64,000 nucleotides of DNA from Ascoidea asiatica JCM 7603 (lineage: Eukaryota; Fungi; Ascomycota). A model generated the notes under the pieces. The model was not told the DNA's origin. It ran no database searches and saw only the letters and a list, made by a program, of their open reading frames with translations. A program made the position numbers and the translations under genes. Positions 1 to 10,688 of the stretch are shown here, piece after piece (the first letter of the stretch is position 1; every line of letters starts with the position of its first letter). The stretch is from assembly GCA_001600695.1 (NCBI GenBank), contig BCKQ01000013.1, forward strand, positions 64,045 through 128,044. The letters run 5' to 3'.

Positions 1-1398
1 AGCTGCAGAAATTATTGGTAATGAACAACAACTTACAAAAAATGAAGAAATTAAAATTGCAGAAATATGAACTTTATTACCAATTGTCCAACCAAAAATA
101 ATTAATGATAATGTACCAATTAAACCTGGAATACCTAATAAATTTAATCTTGCTTTAAATAAATTAAATTCTTCAAAATTATTATTTTTTAATAAAAATT
201 TTTTTCTACTTCTTTTATAATACCAATCTAAAGCTTTACCATTAATTATTGAACCTAAAAATCCTCCAATTCCAGAAGGTATATAACAAATACCAATTTT
301 TAATGTAGAATAACCATAATCTGATGATAAAATATTTGAAATTGATGTTAATAACATTGACCAAGATGCAAAAATTATTGAAGCAGGTATTAAAACCATA
401 AAAATTTCAGGTAATGCAATAATTGTAAAAGGATCAGATAATCTAATTTTTAATGGAATTTCTTTTTTTTCTTCTAAAGTTTTAATATCATTAGTTTGTA
501 AAATTTTTAATAAATACATTAAAAAAGATTTATTAAAAAAATTTTTTGGTGGTATTGAACCATTACCAACAATATCTCTTTTTGTTTCAGGTAAAAATAA
601 AATTGCTAATGTTAAAGTTATACTACAACCAATTGCTAAGAACCAAAATATACCTCTCCAACCAAAATTAGAATCAATTAAACCACCAATTAAAGCACCA
701 AAAGCTTGACCAATTAAAGTTATACAAGTTATTAAACCAATATAACCACCTCTATCAGATTTTATTGTTAAATCTCCAACAACACCAGAATTTATTGAAA
801 CTACAGGTGCTATACCAAAAGCTTGTATACATCTTAAAAATAAAATTAATGAATAATTATTTGAAACTGCTAAACCAATATCAGCAATAATATAAATTAA
901 ACAACAAAATATTATTGCTGGTTTTCTACCATATTTATCAGAAAATGGAGCAGTTATTGAAGGACCAATACCTTGAAAGATGAAATAAACAACAACAGAA
1001 ATATTTAAAATTTCATCATTTAAATTAAATTTTTTTTTAATTGTTGGTAAAGCAGGATAATAAATCGGAGCTGCAACTGCAGACCAAAATGAATTCATTG
1101 CACATAATACAATTATATAAAATCTAAATTTTTTAAAAATTGAATGTGGTTTTTGATCTGAATTTAAATTATTTATGGAGTTTTCATTTTCAATTTGATT
1201 TTCAATATCATTCTGACTATTTATTTCATTTTCATTTTCATTTTCATTTTCATTTTCATTTATCGATTCATTCTTTGATGACTCTTTGTTATTTGATTGA
1301 AATTTATGATTATTATTATCAATATTATCATTTTTTTCATTAGATTGATTAATTAAATCAATTGAAGAATTTTTTATTGAATTTTCATTAAATTTCAT
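1..1398 (-). CDS. MFS drug:H+ antiporter, DHA1 family (Qdr1/Qdr2/Aqr1-like); 3' end runs off the window
   Basis: Not in the ORF track because it is truncated. Manual translation from ATG at 1398: MKFNENS...FWSAVAAPIYYPALPTI...SVVVYFIFQGIGP...FSDKYGRKP...LRCIQAFGIAPV...GWRGIFWFLAI...FLPETKRDIVGNGSIPP, which are typical Qdr-type motifs. Confidence 0.9.
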   Translation of the reverse strand, partial: MKFNENSIKNSSIDLINQSNEKNDNIDNNNHKFQSNNKESSKNESINENENENENENEINSQNDIENQIENENSINNLNSDQKPHSIFKKFRFYIIVLCAMNSFWSAVAAPIYYPALPTIKKKFNLNDEILNISVVVYFIFQGIGPSITAPFSDKYGRKPAIIFCCLIYIIADIGLAVSNNYSLILFLRCIQAFGIAPVVSINSGVVGDLTIKSDRGGYIGLITCITLIGQAFGALIGGLIDSNFGWRGIFWFLAIGCSITLTLAILFLPETKRDIVGNGSIPPKNFFNKSFLMYLLKILQTNDIKTLEEKKEIPLKIRLSDPFTIIALPEIFMVLIPASIIFASWSMLLTSISNILSSDYGYSTLKIGICYIPSGIGGFLGSIINGKALDWYYKRSRKKFLLKNNNFEEFNLFKARLNLLGIPGLIGTLSLIIFGWTIGNKVHISAILISSFFVSCCSLPIISAA

Positions 1399-1967
1399 AT
1401 TTTTATAAATTTAGTATAAATTAATCATTTGATTCAAGACTTTTTTAATAAACTATACTAATAACTATACTAATAATAATCTTGAATAAATAGTTTATAT
1501 TGAAAGAAATAAATGATTTATAAATAAAAGAATATTCTATGATTAATATTATTTGAACTTTTGATAATAATTTGAAGCTAAATTAATAACTTTACTAAAA
1601 ATGGTTTGGTATATTACTGAGAGTAAGTGATAATAAAAGTGGATTTTATCCGAATATAGATAGATTCATCCGAATTTCAATAAGCTGCCATAGTTAATTT
1701 CTGTCCGCGGCTGGATTCTATCCGGACATATAGCACTTTGGGGGTGGTCCAGGAGTGCTCCAAGCAGAAGCGGAGTTAGCACGACTGGCCCCTAACCGTA
1801 AGCTAAGTCCGGCGGGCGTCAGCTGACAGGTGTCCGTTTTAGGAAATAAGGCGCAAATTGGCACTGGGAACCAAACTCCCTATCTGCTATCAGCAAAAAA
1901 CAATGCTGAGAAGGGTAATAAAGAAATAGTATCCCTGACAGTGTCTGTATCCAATTGATTGTATTTA

Positions 1968-2029
1968 GTCATATGACACGGTCACATGGATCAAAATATA
2001 TCATGTGACATAACTTATGTTCACGTGAC
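1968..2029. promoter_or_regulatory. Cluster of E-box/Cbf1-type sites (RTCACRTG and variants)
   Basis: GTCATATGAC (1968), GTCACATG (1981), CATGTGAC (2002) and TCACGTGAC (2021) within about 60 bp. Confidence 0.5.
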
Positions 2030-2108
2030 TACTTATTTGCATTGAGATGCCCTTTTCCGGCACTTCTTTCTCCAGCAGCCACAAAGCCCAATATTACTAA
2101 CACTTTAC

Positions 2109-2143
2109 ATAGCAATAGCAATAGCAATAGCAATAGCAATAGC
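2109..2143 (+). repeat. (ATAGCA)n microsatellite, about 6 copies
   Basis: Direct reading of the sequence. Confidence 0.9.
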
Positions 2144-3968
2144 GATATTGTTTGCTTTCATTCCCTACGCCAGATTTCAACAAGAAAAGATTGATCAATC
2201 AACTATCAAAGAAATATTAAACAAAAGTGAAAGTTAACAGTCAAAAGTCAATTGATCTAGAACATAGAAAACGAAATATATTTATATTTGCTTTATATGC
2301 TTTTTTGTTCAATTAACTCTTTCATTTCAACGTAAAAATTTAATCAAACAGAAATACTGTATATAATAAGGAACATCTTGAAAATTGAGGAATAATTATT
2401 CAACAATTATGAATCAAATTCAAGCATTGTATTAAAATTCAAGCCTTCTTAAAATAAATTCAAGCAATTAATTAATTTCATTTTAAGCCACATTTAATAA
2501 ATTTTTTAATTTCATTCAGGGTAAACCAATAACTACAATCTTTTAAATCATTTAGATCTTTTGATTCTTTTAAAATTTATAGATTTTTAAATTTTTAAAA
2601 AATTTCGGAAGTTGGTTTAAACTGTAATTTCAATTCACAGGGTGCTATTTAAATCTAAATTCAAAAACAAAAAATAGCATAAATAGCAAAGAAAAAAGAG
2701 GAAAGTCGGAAATGATGGAATTCAATTAAGATCTAATGGCTCTAATAATAATAAATCTCTATTTCACTCTCATTTTATTCGGTTTTGCTCACTTTTTTTT
2801 CCTTTTATTTCTTGTCTTTTGCTACTTTTGACAATTTTTGTTTTTCCGTTGGTTATTTCAGCCAAGCTTTCTCCTGGTCTCTTGGCCAATCAAACTGCAT
2901 CTGTCACTGATCAATTAGATAACACGGCCCGTTATTACCAACTTTTTGCAACAAGAAAATATTAAATATTAAATATTAAATAATATATTTTTAAAAGGAA
3001 TATCAAAAGAAAAAAACAGAAATGAATATTATTTTATCAAAGAAGACTCCGAATATGTTTTGAAACAAGAAAGATACTCAATTAATTTTTCCTCTTTTAA
3101 TTCTCAAAAAACTGAATTTAATTGGAAACTCATCTTCTCTTTTAATTCAATTGTTAAAATTATAACTATAATAATTACTAAATTAAAAATATTCAAAAGT
3201 ATATTTCAATACATTTAAATTTTAATTTTCACTTTCCAATTTCTTTTAAAGCGCGATTTTATTAATAAAAAAACTATTTCTATGAAAAAAAAAAAAAACC
3301 GGAATTCATTAAACGATAATTTTTATTATTATGAATAATAGATGAAATAGATAACTTTTCAATAAAGATTTTCAATATTACTTTTTTTTTTTTTCCTTTT
3401 TTTCTCAATTTTACAAAAATTTTAACAGGTTGCTTCAATTTTAATCGAATATTTTTTTAAAAAAATCTCAAATTTTATAAAACTTTAAATTATTCATCCA
3501 ATTAAATTATCTTAAATCAAACTTATGTTTTTTTTTTTCTTCACCATTTCACTTAAACATAATTTTATTATCTTTTCAATCTATTATTCCCTTTAAAAAT
3601 TTTAATCAATACTTCCTCACTACTCACATTACAAATTTATTACTTACCGCCATTACAATTTATAATATTGGTAATCAATATTAGTAATTGATCAAAAAAA
3701 TTAACCTGCGTTATTTAGTTTCTTCAAACAAAGTAATACAAATATTAAATGAATTTTAAAGAAAAAATTTTCAATTCATTATGTTTTTTTTTTCAATTTA
3801 ACATAAATTGACGTTATTTCCACTTATTATATCAATACCATTCATTATACTTTTCATTATTCTTTTATTTATCATTCTTTTTTTTTCTTCTATTTTTTCT
3901 GTTTTTTCTTTTTATTTTATTTTATTTCATCAATTTTCAATAAAGAAAAACTTAAATAATAATAAAAG

Positions 3969-6083
3969 ATGAAACTTTTAACTCCAATATTATCTTTAAC
4001 TTTTTTAGTTAATTTAGTCAGTGCTGGTATTTATCATAAATATACTGATGAAGAATATAGATATAAAGGTTGTTATACAACTCTTGCAAAACAAGCTTTA
4101 TTTTCTTCTGCTGTTGATGATGAAGGTGATGCTGTTGATTGTACATGTTCTGTTGATACTGCTCTAGGTTCAATGTTATATTGTCTTTATAATTCAACTG
4201 GAAAAATTTATAATAATAAAATTGATAATTATCTTATTAAAAAATGTTCTACAAAACAAAATTATACTCTTGATCAATTACATACTATTTATGATAATGC
4301 AACAAATTATATTATAAATGTAACTACTGTCACTGGTTATAATGCTACAACTGATGTAATATATTCTCCAATTTTATATTCAAAATCTTATAATAAAAAA
4401 GCTTATTTATCTTATAAAGAAAGATTTGATAATCTTACAAGAGGTTTTACTTATGGTTGGGCTCAACTTGTTTATTGGGCTTGTGTTGTATTTATTTGTG
4501 GAATTTTTAATTGGTCTAAAATTTTAATTCCTGGAATTTTAAAAAAATTTAATGGAAAATTTTCAAATTTAATTAGAAAATGGTTCTTAATGCCTGCAAC
4601 TTTTAAAAAAGCTCATATATCTTCAAAATTTTTTGGACTTATACCAACAAGATTAGAATCTTTTTTTATTATTGGTTTTATTGCTATGGAAATTGGTTTT
4701 TTAACTTCAAATTATCATCATATTGAAGGTAATATTACTTTTAAAACTGAAAGAAATGAAATTAGTAGATATATTGCTGATAGAAGTGGTGTAACTGCAA
4801 TTTATTTAACTCCATTAATGTTAATGTTTGTTGGTAGAAATAATTTATTAATTTGGTTTTCTGGTATTACTCAAGCAACTTTTATTTCTTATCATCGTTG
4901 GATTGCAAGAATTTTTACAATTTTAGCTGTTGTTCATTCAATTGCTTTTACAATTCAAAGTGTCGAATTAAATAAATATAAAACAAGAATAGCTCATGAT
5001 TATTTTAAATGGGGTATTGTTTGTACTGTTGCATCTTGTGTAATGTGTTTTTTAGCAAGTAATTTTTTCAGAAGACGTATTTATAATTTATTCTCTTTTA
5101 TTCATATGGTTTTAGGTGCCTTTGCAATTGCTGGACTTTGGATTCATTGTCGTGATCAAGATTATCAACAATGGCAATATGCTGCTGTTGCTGTTTGGGT
5201 TTTTGATAGATTCATTAGAATTTGTAGAACTATTGTTTTTGGTTGTCCAAAAGCTCAATTAGATTTAATTTCAGATGATATGATAAAAATGACAGTTCCA
5301 AGACCAAGATATTGGAAACCATTTGCAGGATGTTTTTGTTATATTCAATTTTTAATGCCTTCAAGACCAACAATTTTTTTTGAATCTCATCCATTTACTG
5401 TAATTGATTGGGAAGAAGATGATAATTCAAAAAATATTAGATTTTATATTAAAGTTAAATCTGGTTTAACTAAAAAATTATTTTCAAAAGTTCAAAAAGG
5501 TAATAATTCAATTAATATGAGAGTTTTAGTTGAAGGTCCATATGGTGTTAAAGCTCCAATGTCAAGATATGATAAATCTTTATTTATTAGTACTGGAAAT
5601 GGTGTTCCAGCTCTTTATGCTCATACACTTGATTTATTAAAGAAGAAAAGCTCAGAATGTGCTATTAAATTTATTTGGATTATTAGAGATTATCAAACTT
5701 TACAATGGTTTAAAGATGAATTATTAAGATTACAAGAATTTTCTGGAAAATTTGATGCTGAAATTTATGTTACAAAAAGTGGTGATATATCTGATATAGA
5801 ATCTACTTCTTCTACAAATGATGAAGAAAAGAAAGAACAAAGAGTAACAACAGTTGATCCATTATCTTTATTTAAAAAAGAACTTCCTTTTATACAATTC
5901 AAATGTGGTAGACCAGATATGAAACAAATTCTTGAAGAAGAAATTTCAACTTCAAATGGTTCAATTGGTATTATGTCATGTGGTCATCCAGAAATGGTTG
6001 ATGATATTCGTTATAATTTAGTTCATTTACTTGATACAACTGATAAAAGAATTGACTTATTTGAAGAAAATCAAATTTGGTAA
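3969..6083 (+). CDS. Ferric/cupric reductase, FRE family
   Basis: Signal peptide, Cys-rich extracellular N-terminus, heme-ligand His residues (YHRWIAR, VVHS, FIH, WIH), HPFT FAD motif, EGPYG, STGNG, CGHPEM and C-terminal FEENQIW. Confidence 0.95.
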   Translation: MKLLTPILSLTFLVNLVSAGIYHKYTDEEYRYKGCYTTLAKQALFSSAVDDEGDAVDCTCSVDTALGSMLYCLYNSTGKIYNNKIDNYLIKKCSTKQNYTLDQLHTIYDNATNYIINVTTVTGYNATTDVIYSPILYSKSYNKKAYLSYKERFDNLTRGFTYGWAQLVYWACVVFICGIFNWSKILIPGILKKFNGKFSNLIRKWFLMPATFKKAHISSKFFGLIPTRLESFFIIGFIAMEIGFLTSNYHHIEGNITFKTERNEISRYIADRSGVTAIYLTPLMLMFVGRNNLLIWFSGITQATFISYHRWIARIFTILAVVHSIAFTIQSVELNKYKTRIAHDYFKWGIVCTVASCVMCFLASNFFRRRIYNLFSFIHMVLGAFAIAGLWIHCRDQDYQQWQYAAVAVWVFDRFIRICRTIVFGCPKAQLDLISDDMIKMTVPRPRYWKPFAGCFCYIQFLMPSRPTIFFESHPFTVIDWEEDDNSKNIRFYIKVKSGLTKKLFSKVQKGNNSINMRVLVEGPYGVKAPMSRYDKSLFISTGNGVPALYAHTLDLLKKKSSECAIKFIWIIRDYQTLQWFKDELLRLQEFSGKFDAEIYVTKSGDISDIESTSSTNDEEKKEQRVTTVDPLSLFKKELPFIQFKCGRPDMKQILEEEISTSNGSIGIMSCGHPEMVDDIRYNLVHLLDTTDKRIDLFEENQIW

Positions 6084-6257
6084 TTTTTTTTCTTTAAAGG
6101 AATCATTTCTAAAATCAATTTTTTATTTAGTTTATACATTTTTTTATCTATTTTTACTGTTATATATAGAGAGAAAACAAAACTTTTTATCTCCCATAAT
6201 TCATATTTTTAATTACTTAATTCTATAAAATTTATTATTCATTCATAATTTCTATTT

Positions 6258-7094
6258 TTAAATCAAAGTTAAAACATTATTTACAAAAAAAGGATTTGCA
6301 GGTAAAATATTTCCTCTAAAATAATAACTACATATTGTATATTGACCATAATAATCTCCACAATCAACATATCCACAACCAATTTCAGTACTATTTTTCC
6401 AAATAACTTGAGTAAAATGACCAGTTGATTCACTAAAACCAGGATTTGAAAAATTATAATACTCAATTTCATTATACCAAGCTTTAATTGCATTTTCAGT
6501 TTCATAACCAATAGCTAAATTTTCACCGTATGAACCACCAGAATGAGTTAAAGTTCCATTACATGAATAATCATTTGCATAATCTTGAGCATAATTTTCT
6601 AAAGTTTCATCCCATTGTAGGTCAGAAACATTATGAAGTGATCTATAATAATTATGTTTATTTAAAATTATTGATTTAAAATCATCTGTAGTTGAAGTTG
6701 AAGTTGATTCAGAAATTGTTGAAGTCTTTGTAGAGGAAGTGGAAGTAGTATGACTTGAACGTATTATTTTACTTGTTACTGTAATAGTTTTATATGCAGT
6801 TGTATCAATATCTGAATTATCATTTGAAGGTGACAGAGTTGAAGTTACTTTATAATTTGAAATTGTAGAAGAATATGAATCATTAGAAGTTATTATTGTA
6901 TCATCTTCATCATTATTAAATAATTTTATTTTATCAAATGTTATATAAATTGGAGTAAAAATATTATTATTTTCATTGTTATTATTTTGACTTGTTGTTT
7001 GTATCAGGGAAGTAGATTCTGTTAAAGTTGACGATAGTGATATTAGACTATTATCCAAAGTTATAGTTATACCATTTATATCATCTAATGACAT
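6258..7094 (-). CDS. CAP/SCP/PR-1 family protein (Pry-like) with Ser/Thr-rich N-terminus
   Basis: HNYYRSLH, LQWD, HSGGSYGENLA, WYNE, GHFTQVIWK, IGCG and ICSY..GN motifs. No obvious signal peptide, so the true start is uncertain. Confidence 0.9.
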   Translation of the reverse strand: MSLDDINGITITLDNSLISLSSTLTESTSLIQTTSQNNNNENNNIFTPIYITFDKIKLFNNDEDDTIITSNDSYSSTISNYKVTSTLSPSNDNSDIDTTAYKTITVTSKIIRSSHTTSTSSTKTSTISESTSTSTTDDFKSIILNKHNYYRSLHNVSDLQWDETLENYAQDYANDYSCNGTLTHSGGSYGENLAIGYETENAIKAWYNEIEYYNFSNPGFSESTGHFTQVIWKNSTEIGCGYVDCGDYYGQYTICSYYFRGNILPANPFFVNNVLTLI

Positions 7095-7596
7095 TACTAG
7101 TTTTCATTAAAATTATGTTAATTTTTTTTTGATTTTCATTAATTCTTATTAATTTCAATCAATTTTTTTAAAAAGTAATCAATAAATTAAATAATTTTTC
7201 TTTATTCTCATAATTATTTAGATTTTTTTAAAGAATATTTTTCAATAATATTTATATATGGATAAGATCCAATTTTTTATTGATTCTCATCTGTAGAGAA
7301 CAAAAGTCTAAAAAAATGAAATTTCATTGTAATTTGATATAAAATAAATGAAACTTGAAATTAATTTTTTGTTTCTTGGTTCTATTTTTTATCAAAAGTC
7401 TTATGGTTTCAGTTTATTGTGGTTTGAGATTAATTCGAAATTTCAGTTTCTTTTCGGACCTTTTTTTGTTTCAGAAATATTTGAATAAATAAATAAAAAA
7501 AGGGTCTAGAACAGAATGAGTAGGGTAATGTAGTTTGGTAAAATAGAAGTACCATAAATTTGGCGTCAAAATAATATTTTAATTTATTTGATAATT

Positions 7597-7817
7597 TATA
7601 TATTATATTAAGCTATATTTAGTTATACTAAGCTATATAAAGTTTTCCTCTTCGTTTAGTATAACTTTATATAGCTTAGTATAACTAAATATAGCTTAAT
7701 ATAATATATAGTTATATATAGGTTAATATAATTTAGCATAGCTTACTATAACATGATATAGTAAGCTATGCTAAATTATATTAACCTATATATAACTATA
7801 TATTATATTAAGCTATA
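7597..7817. repeat. Two overlapping perfect inverted repeats (48-bp arms and 61-bp arms)
   Basis: 7597-7644 is the reverse complement of 7663-7710. 7690-7750 is the reverse complement of 7757-7817. Confidence 0.95.
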
Positions 7818-7832
7818 CTATATTATATTATA

Positions 7833-9275
7833 TTACATTACTTTTTTATCTTCAGTTGATTTTTCAACAACTTCTTCAATTTTATTTGAATTAATTTCAT
7901 TTTCATTAGATTTTAATTCTTCAGATTCTTTTTCATCTATATAACCAATTGCTTTTAATCTTTCACTTAAAATTGGATGAGAATAATGATAAGCAGAATA
8001 TAAATAATCAGCATCCATTGTTGATAAATTTTCAATTTGTAATTTAATTAAAGCTTTTGATAATTGATTTGAATAACCTAAATTTGAAGCAAATTGATCA
8101 GCTTCAAATTCTCTATTTCTTGAAAATAAATTCATTGCAAATGTTAAAATACAATCAATTGGTTTTAAAATATCATTAAATAAAAGAAAACCAATAATTA
8201 TTGGAAATTGATTATTATAATTTAAAATTATATCTTTAAAACCAAAAGAATAATATAAAGAATAATTTTTAAAAAAAATGGAGAATAAAGTAAATAAAAA
8301 AAAAGAATAAAATTGAGTAATAATAATCATTTTATTATTATGATTTAAATACCAATGACCAATTTCATGAGCTAAAACAGCAGTAATTTCAGGTACAGTT
8401 GAAGATTGAATTAAAGTATCAAATAAAACAATTTGTTTTGACCATGGTAAACCCATAAAATAAGCATTTGAATGTGAAGATCTTTTTGAACCATCAATAA
8501 CATATAAATTAGTTAATGGAAATTTTTGAGATTTTGCTAAATTTTCAATAGAAATTCTTAAATCACCATTTTTTAAAGGTACTAATTTATTAAAAAAAGG
8601 TTGAATTATAAAAGGATATAAAGTTTGCATAATTAATTGAATAATGAATAAAAAAGACCAAATATATAAAATAAATTTATCATTAAAATAATCAATAATT
8701 TTTAAAAAACTTGCAATTAATGGAGTACCTAAAATTATTGAAAGTAAAAAAGATTTTAAATTATCTGTTAAAAATAAAATTTTTGTTTGTTTATTAAAAC
8801 CAAAATTTTCTTCTAAAATAAAATGTTGATAATATTGAATTGGTAAAGATATTAAAGTTGAAATTAATTGAAAAGTGAAAATAAAAAAAATAGAATTTGT
8901 AATTAAACCATTCATAAAATTAGGTAAAATAAATTTAAAAATTTTTGAATTATTTAAATTTATTGAAATTTTCCAAATTAAAGGTAATAAATTAAATTTT
9001 ATAATTGAAAAATTTAATAAAAAATTAAAACATTCAGAAAAAATTGAAAATTTAGTTTTTGCAATTGAATAAATTTGAGATTTTTTAAAAGTTTCTAAAG
9101 GAATATGATTTTTTAAAGTTATTGGAGGTTTATCATTTTTTAAAATTTTATATTGACGAAATGTTAAATAATTTTCAAATAAAAATTGAGCAGTTGTGAA
9201 ACCAAGAATAAGACTTTTCCAATTAAAACTAGGAATATCTAAAGAATTTGATAAAGATTTAATAAATGCAAACAT
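7833..9275 (-). CDS. STE24: CAAX prenyl protease 1, M48 zinc metalloprotease
   Basis: IDGSKRSSHSNAYF, IVLFDTL, HEIGH zinc motif, EFEAD and HYSHPILSERL, plus multiple TM segments. Confidence 0.97.
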   Translation of the reverse strand: MFAFIKSLSNSLDIPSFNWKSLILGFTTAQFLFENYLTFRQYKILKNDKPPITLKNHIPLETFKKSQIYSIAKTKFSIFSECFNFLLNFSIIKFNLLPLIWKISINLNNSKIFKFILPNFMNGLITNSIFFIFTFQLISTLISLPIQYYQHFILEENFGFNKQTKILFLTDNLKSFLLSIILGTPLIASFLKIIDYFNDKFILYIWSFLFIIQLIMQTLYPFIIQPFFNKLVPLKNGDLRISIENLAKSQKFPLTNLYVIDGSKRSSHSNAYFMGLPWSKQIVLFDTLIQSSTVPEITAVLAHEIGHWYLNHNNKMIIITQFYSFFLFTLFSIFFKNYSLYYSFGFKDIILNYNNQFPIIIGFLLFNDILKPIDCILTFAMNLFSRNREFEADQFASNLGYSNQLSKALIKLQIENLSTMDADYLYSAYHYSHPILSERLKAIGYIDEKESEELKSNENEINSNKIEEVVEKSTEDKKVM

Positions 9276-9656
9276 TTTAAAGTAAATGAATTAATTAATT
9301 GAATTGAATTGATATAATTCTTTTGAAGTAATTAGTTACTGTAATGTATGAATTGAATTTAAATTGCCACCAATTATTCAATATTAATAATAAGAATTGC
9401 TTAAATCATAAAATAGATAGAAATTGAAATATATTTCCAAGATTTATTGAAAAATAACCACACAGCATCTCAGTCTGTCTTCAGAGCAACTTTGTGGAGA
9501 TGGAGCGTCACGTGAGACTAACACAGTGTCCTTTAAGAGAAAAGAGAAGAGAGAAGACAGTCACCTGACATCAAACAAAGATTTAAGCGCTGAAGGAAAA
9601 CAAAATAGAATAAACATTAAATAAATATAAAAATAAAAAAAGAAAAAAGTAAATAA

Positions 9657-9738
9657 CATCCCAGATGGGACTCGAACCCACAATTTCCTGATGGTCTTCT
9701 TTCGAAGTCAGGCACGTTAACCTTTTCGTCACTGGGAT
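9657..9738 (-). tRNA. tRNA-Arg, anticodon UCG, with a 9-nt intron (9693-9701)
   Basis: Minus strand folds as ATCCCAG/CTGGGAT acceptor stem with G discriminator, ACG/CGT D stem, CCTGA/TCAGG anticodon stem with loop CT-TCG-A[AAGAAGACC]A, and GTGGG-TTCGAGT-CCCAT T arm. Length 73+9 nt; T-runs downstream fit a Pol III terminator. Confidence 0.92.
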
Positions 9739-9799
9739 GTTTCTTGAACGGAAGACGTTTGAGGTGAGTTGGACCAAAACTTAACTATGGAGCTCACCC

Positions 9800-9839
9800 A
9801 GCACTCGTAGCACTCGTAGCACTTGTAGCACTCGTAGCA
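9800..9839 (+). repeat. 9-bp tandem repeat (AGCACTCGT) x4 upstream of the tRNA
   Basis: AGCACTCGT AGCACTCGT AGCACTTGT AGCACTCGT AGCA. Confidence 0.9.
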
Positions 9840-10167
9840 TGGTGTTCTTTCCCCGCGTGAGGAACGGCAAAACTAGGAGAGAGACAAAACACACGATCGG
9901 GTATTATGCCCAATTAGGAAGCTCTGTGGAGTCGACTGCTCGAGAGTCTCGATTGCAGCTGGGCTGTTCTGTGGCTCCCTGGAGATGGCAGTACTCTTGG
10001 TACTGTGTTTGAGGTTTGTTTCACTTAGTTAGCTATCTTGGACCCTGCTGAAGTGGTAGGAGTGTTCACTCACAAGGCTTTTACTCGGCTACTCTTTTAA
10101 ATATTCGTTTATTCCCTCCCTTGTTTTATATTCAGAGATTGATCTGATGGAACAACAATTATCAATT

Positions 10168-10259
10168 GATAATAACTAGATAATAACCAGATAATAATCA
10201 GATAATAATCAGATAATAACTAGATGATAACTAGATGATAACTAGATGATAGTCAGATA
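10168..10259 (+). repeat. 11-bp tandem array (GATRATAAYYA-like) x8 upstream of the aminotransferase
   Basis: gataataacta gataataacca gataataatca gataataatca gataataacta gatgataacta gatgataacta gatgatagtca gata. Confidence 0.9.
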
Positions 10260-10688
10260 CTCAAATGATCCAAGTCAGAGTAAGAAATAATAGAAATCAC
10301 TTGTTCTTATTCTATTTCTTATTCTCTTCAATCTCAATTACTAAATATATTTATTACTTTTGAATAAACTGATATTTTGGAAATTTTCAACGATACGTAT
10401 CTGTATTATTTCCCTTTTAGTGTAATCGCCAATTTTGTTATCAATCTCGGTTATTATTTTGAATTAGGTAATAAATTTATATATCTATTATATCCAAAGA
10501 TATTATATTCTTTATTTTCATTTTATTTTATTATAAAAAGACTTAAATATTCTTATATTCTTATGTTCTTTTATTTCTCTTTTTTATTTATATTATATTC
10601 AAATTATTATTTAGATTACATATAATACATTATATTTTAATTTATAATTCATTCCTCATATTCATTATCATATTCAATTCAATTAAAA

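Noticed and set aside
2784-2791. Mac1 copper-response element TTTGCTCA upstream of FRE
   Set aside because: Single copy about 1.2 kb upstream; such sites normally occur in pairs and chance occurrence is likely.
9750-10090. Solo LTR upstream of the tRNA
   Set aside because: GC-richer, but no TG...CA ends, no TSD and no second copy.
9800-10259. CRISPR-like arrays
   Set aside because: Simple tandem repeats without spacers, in a eukaryotic context.
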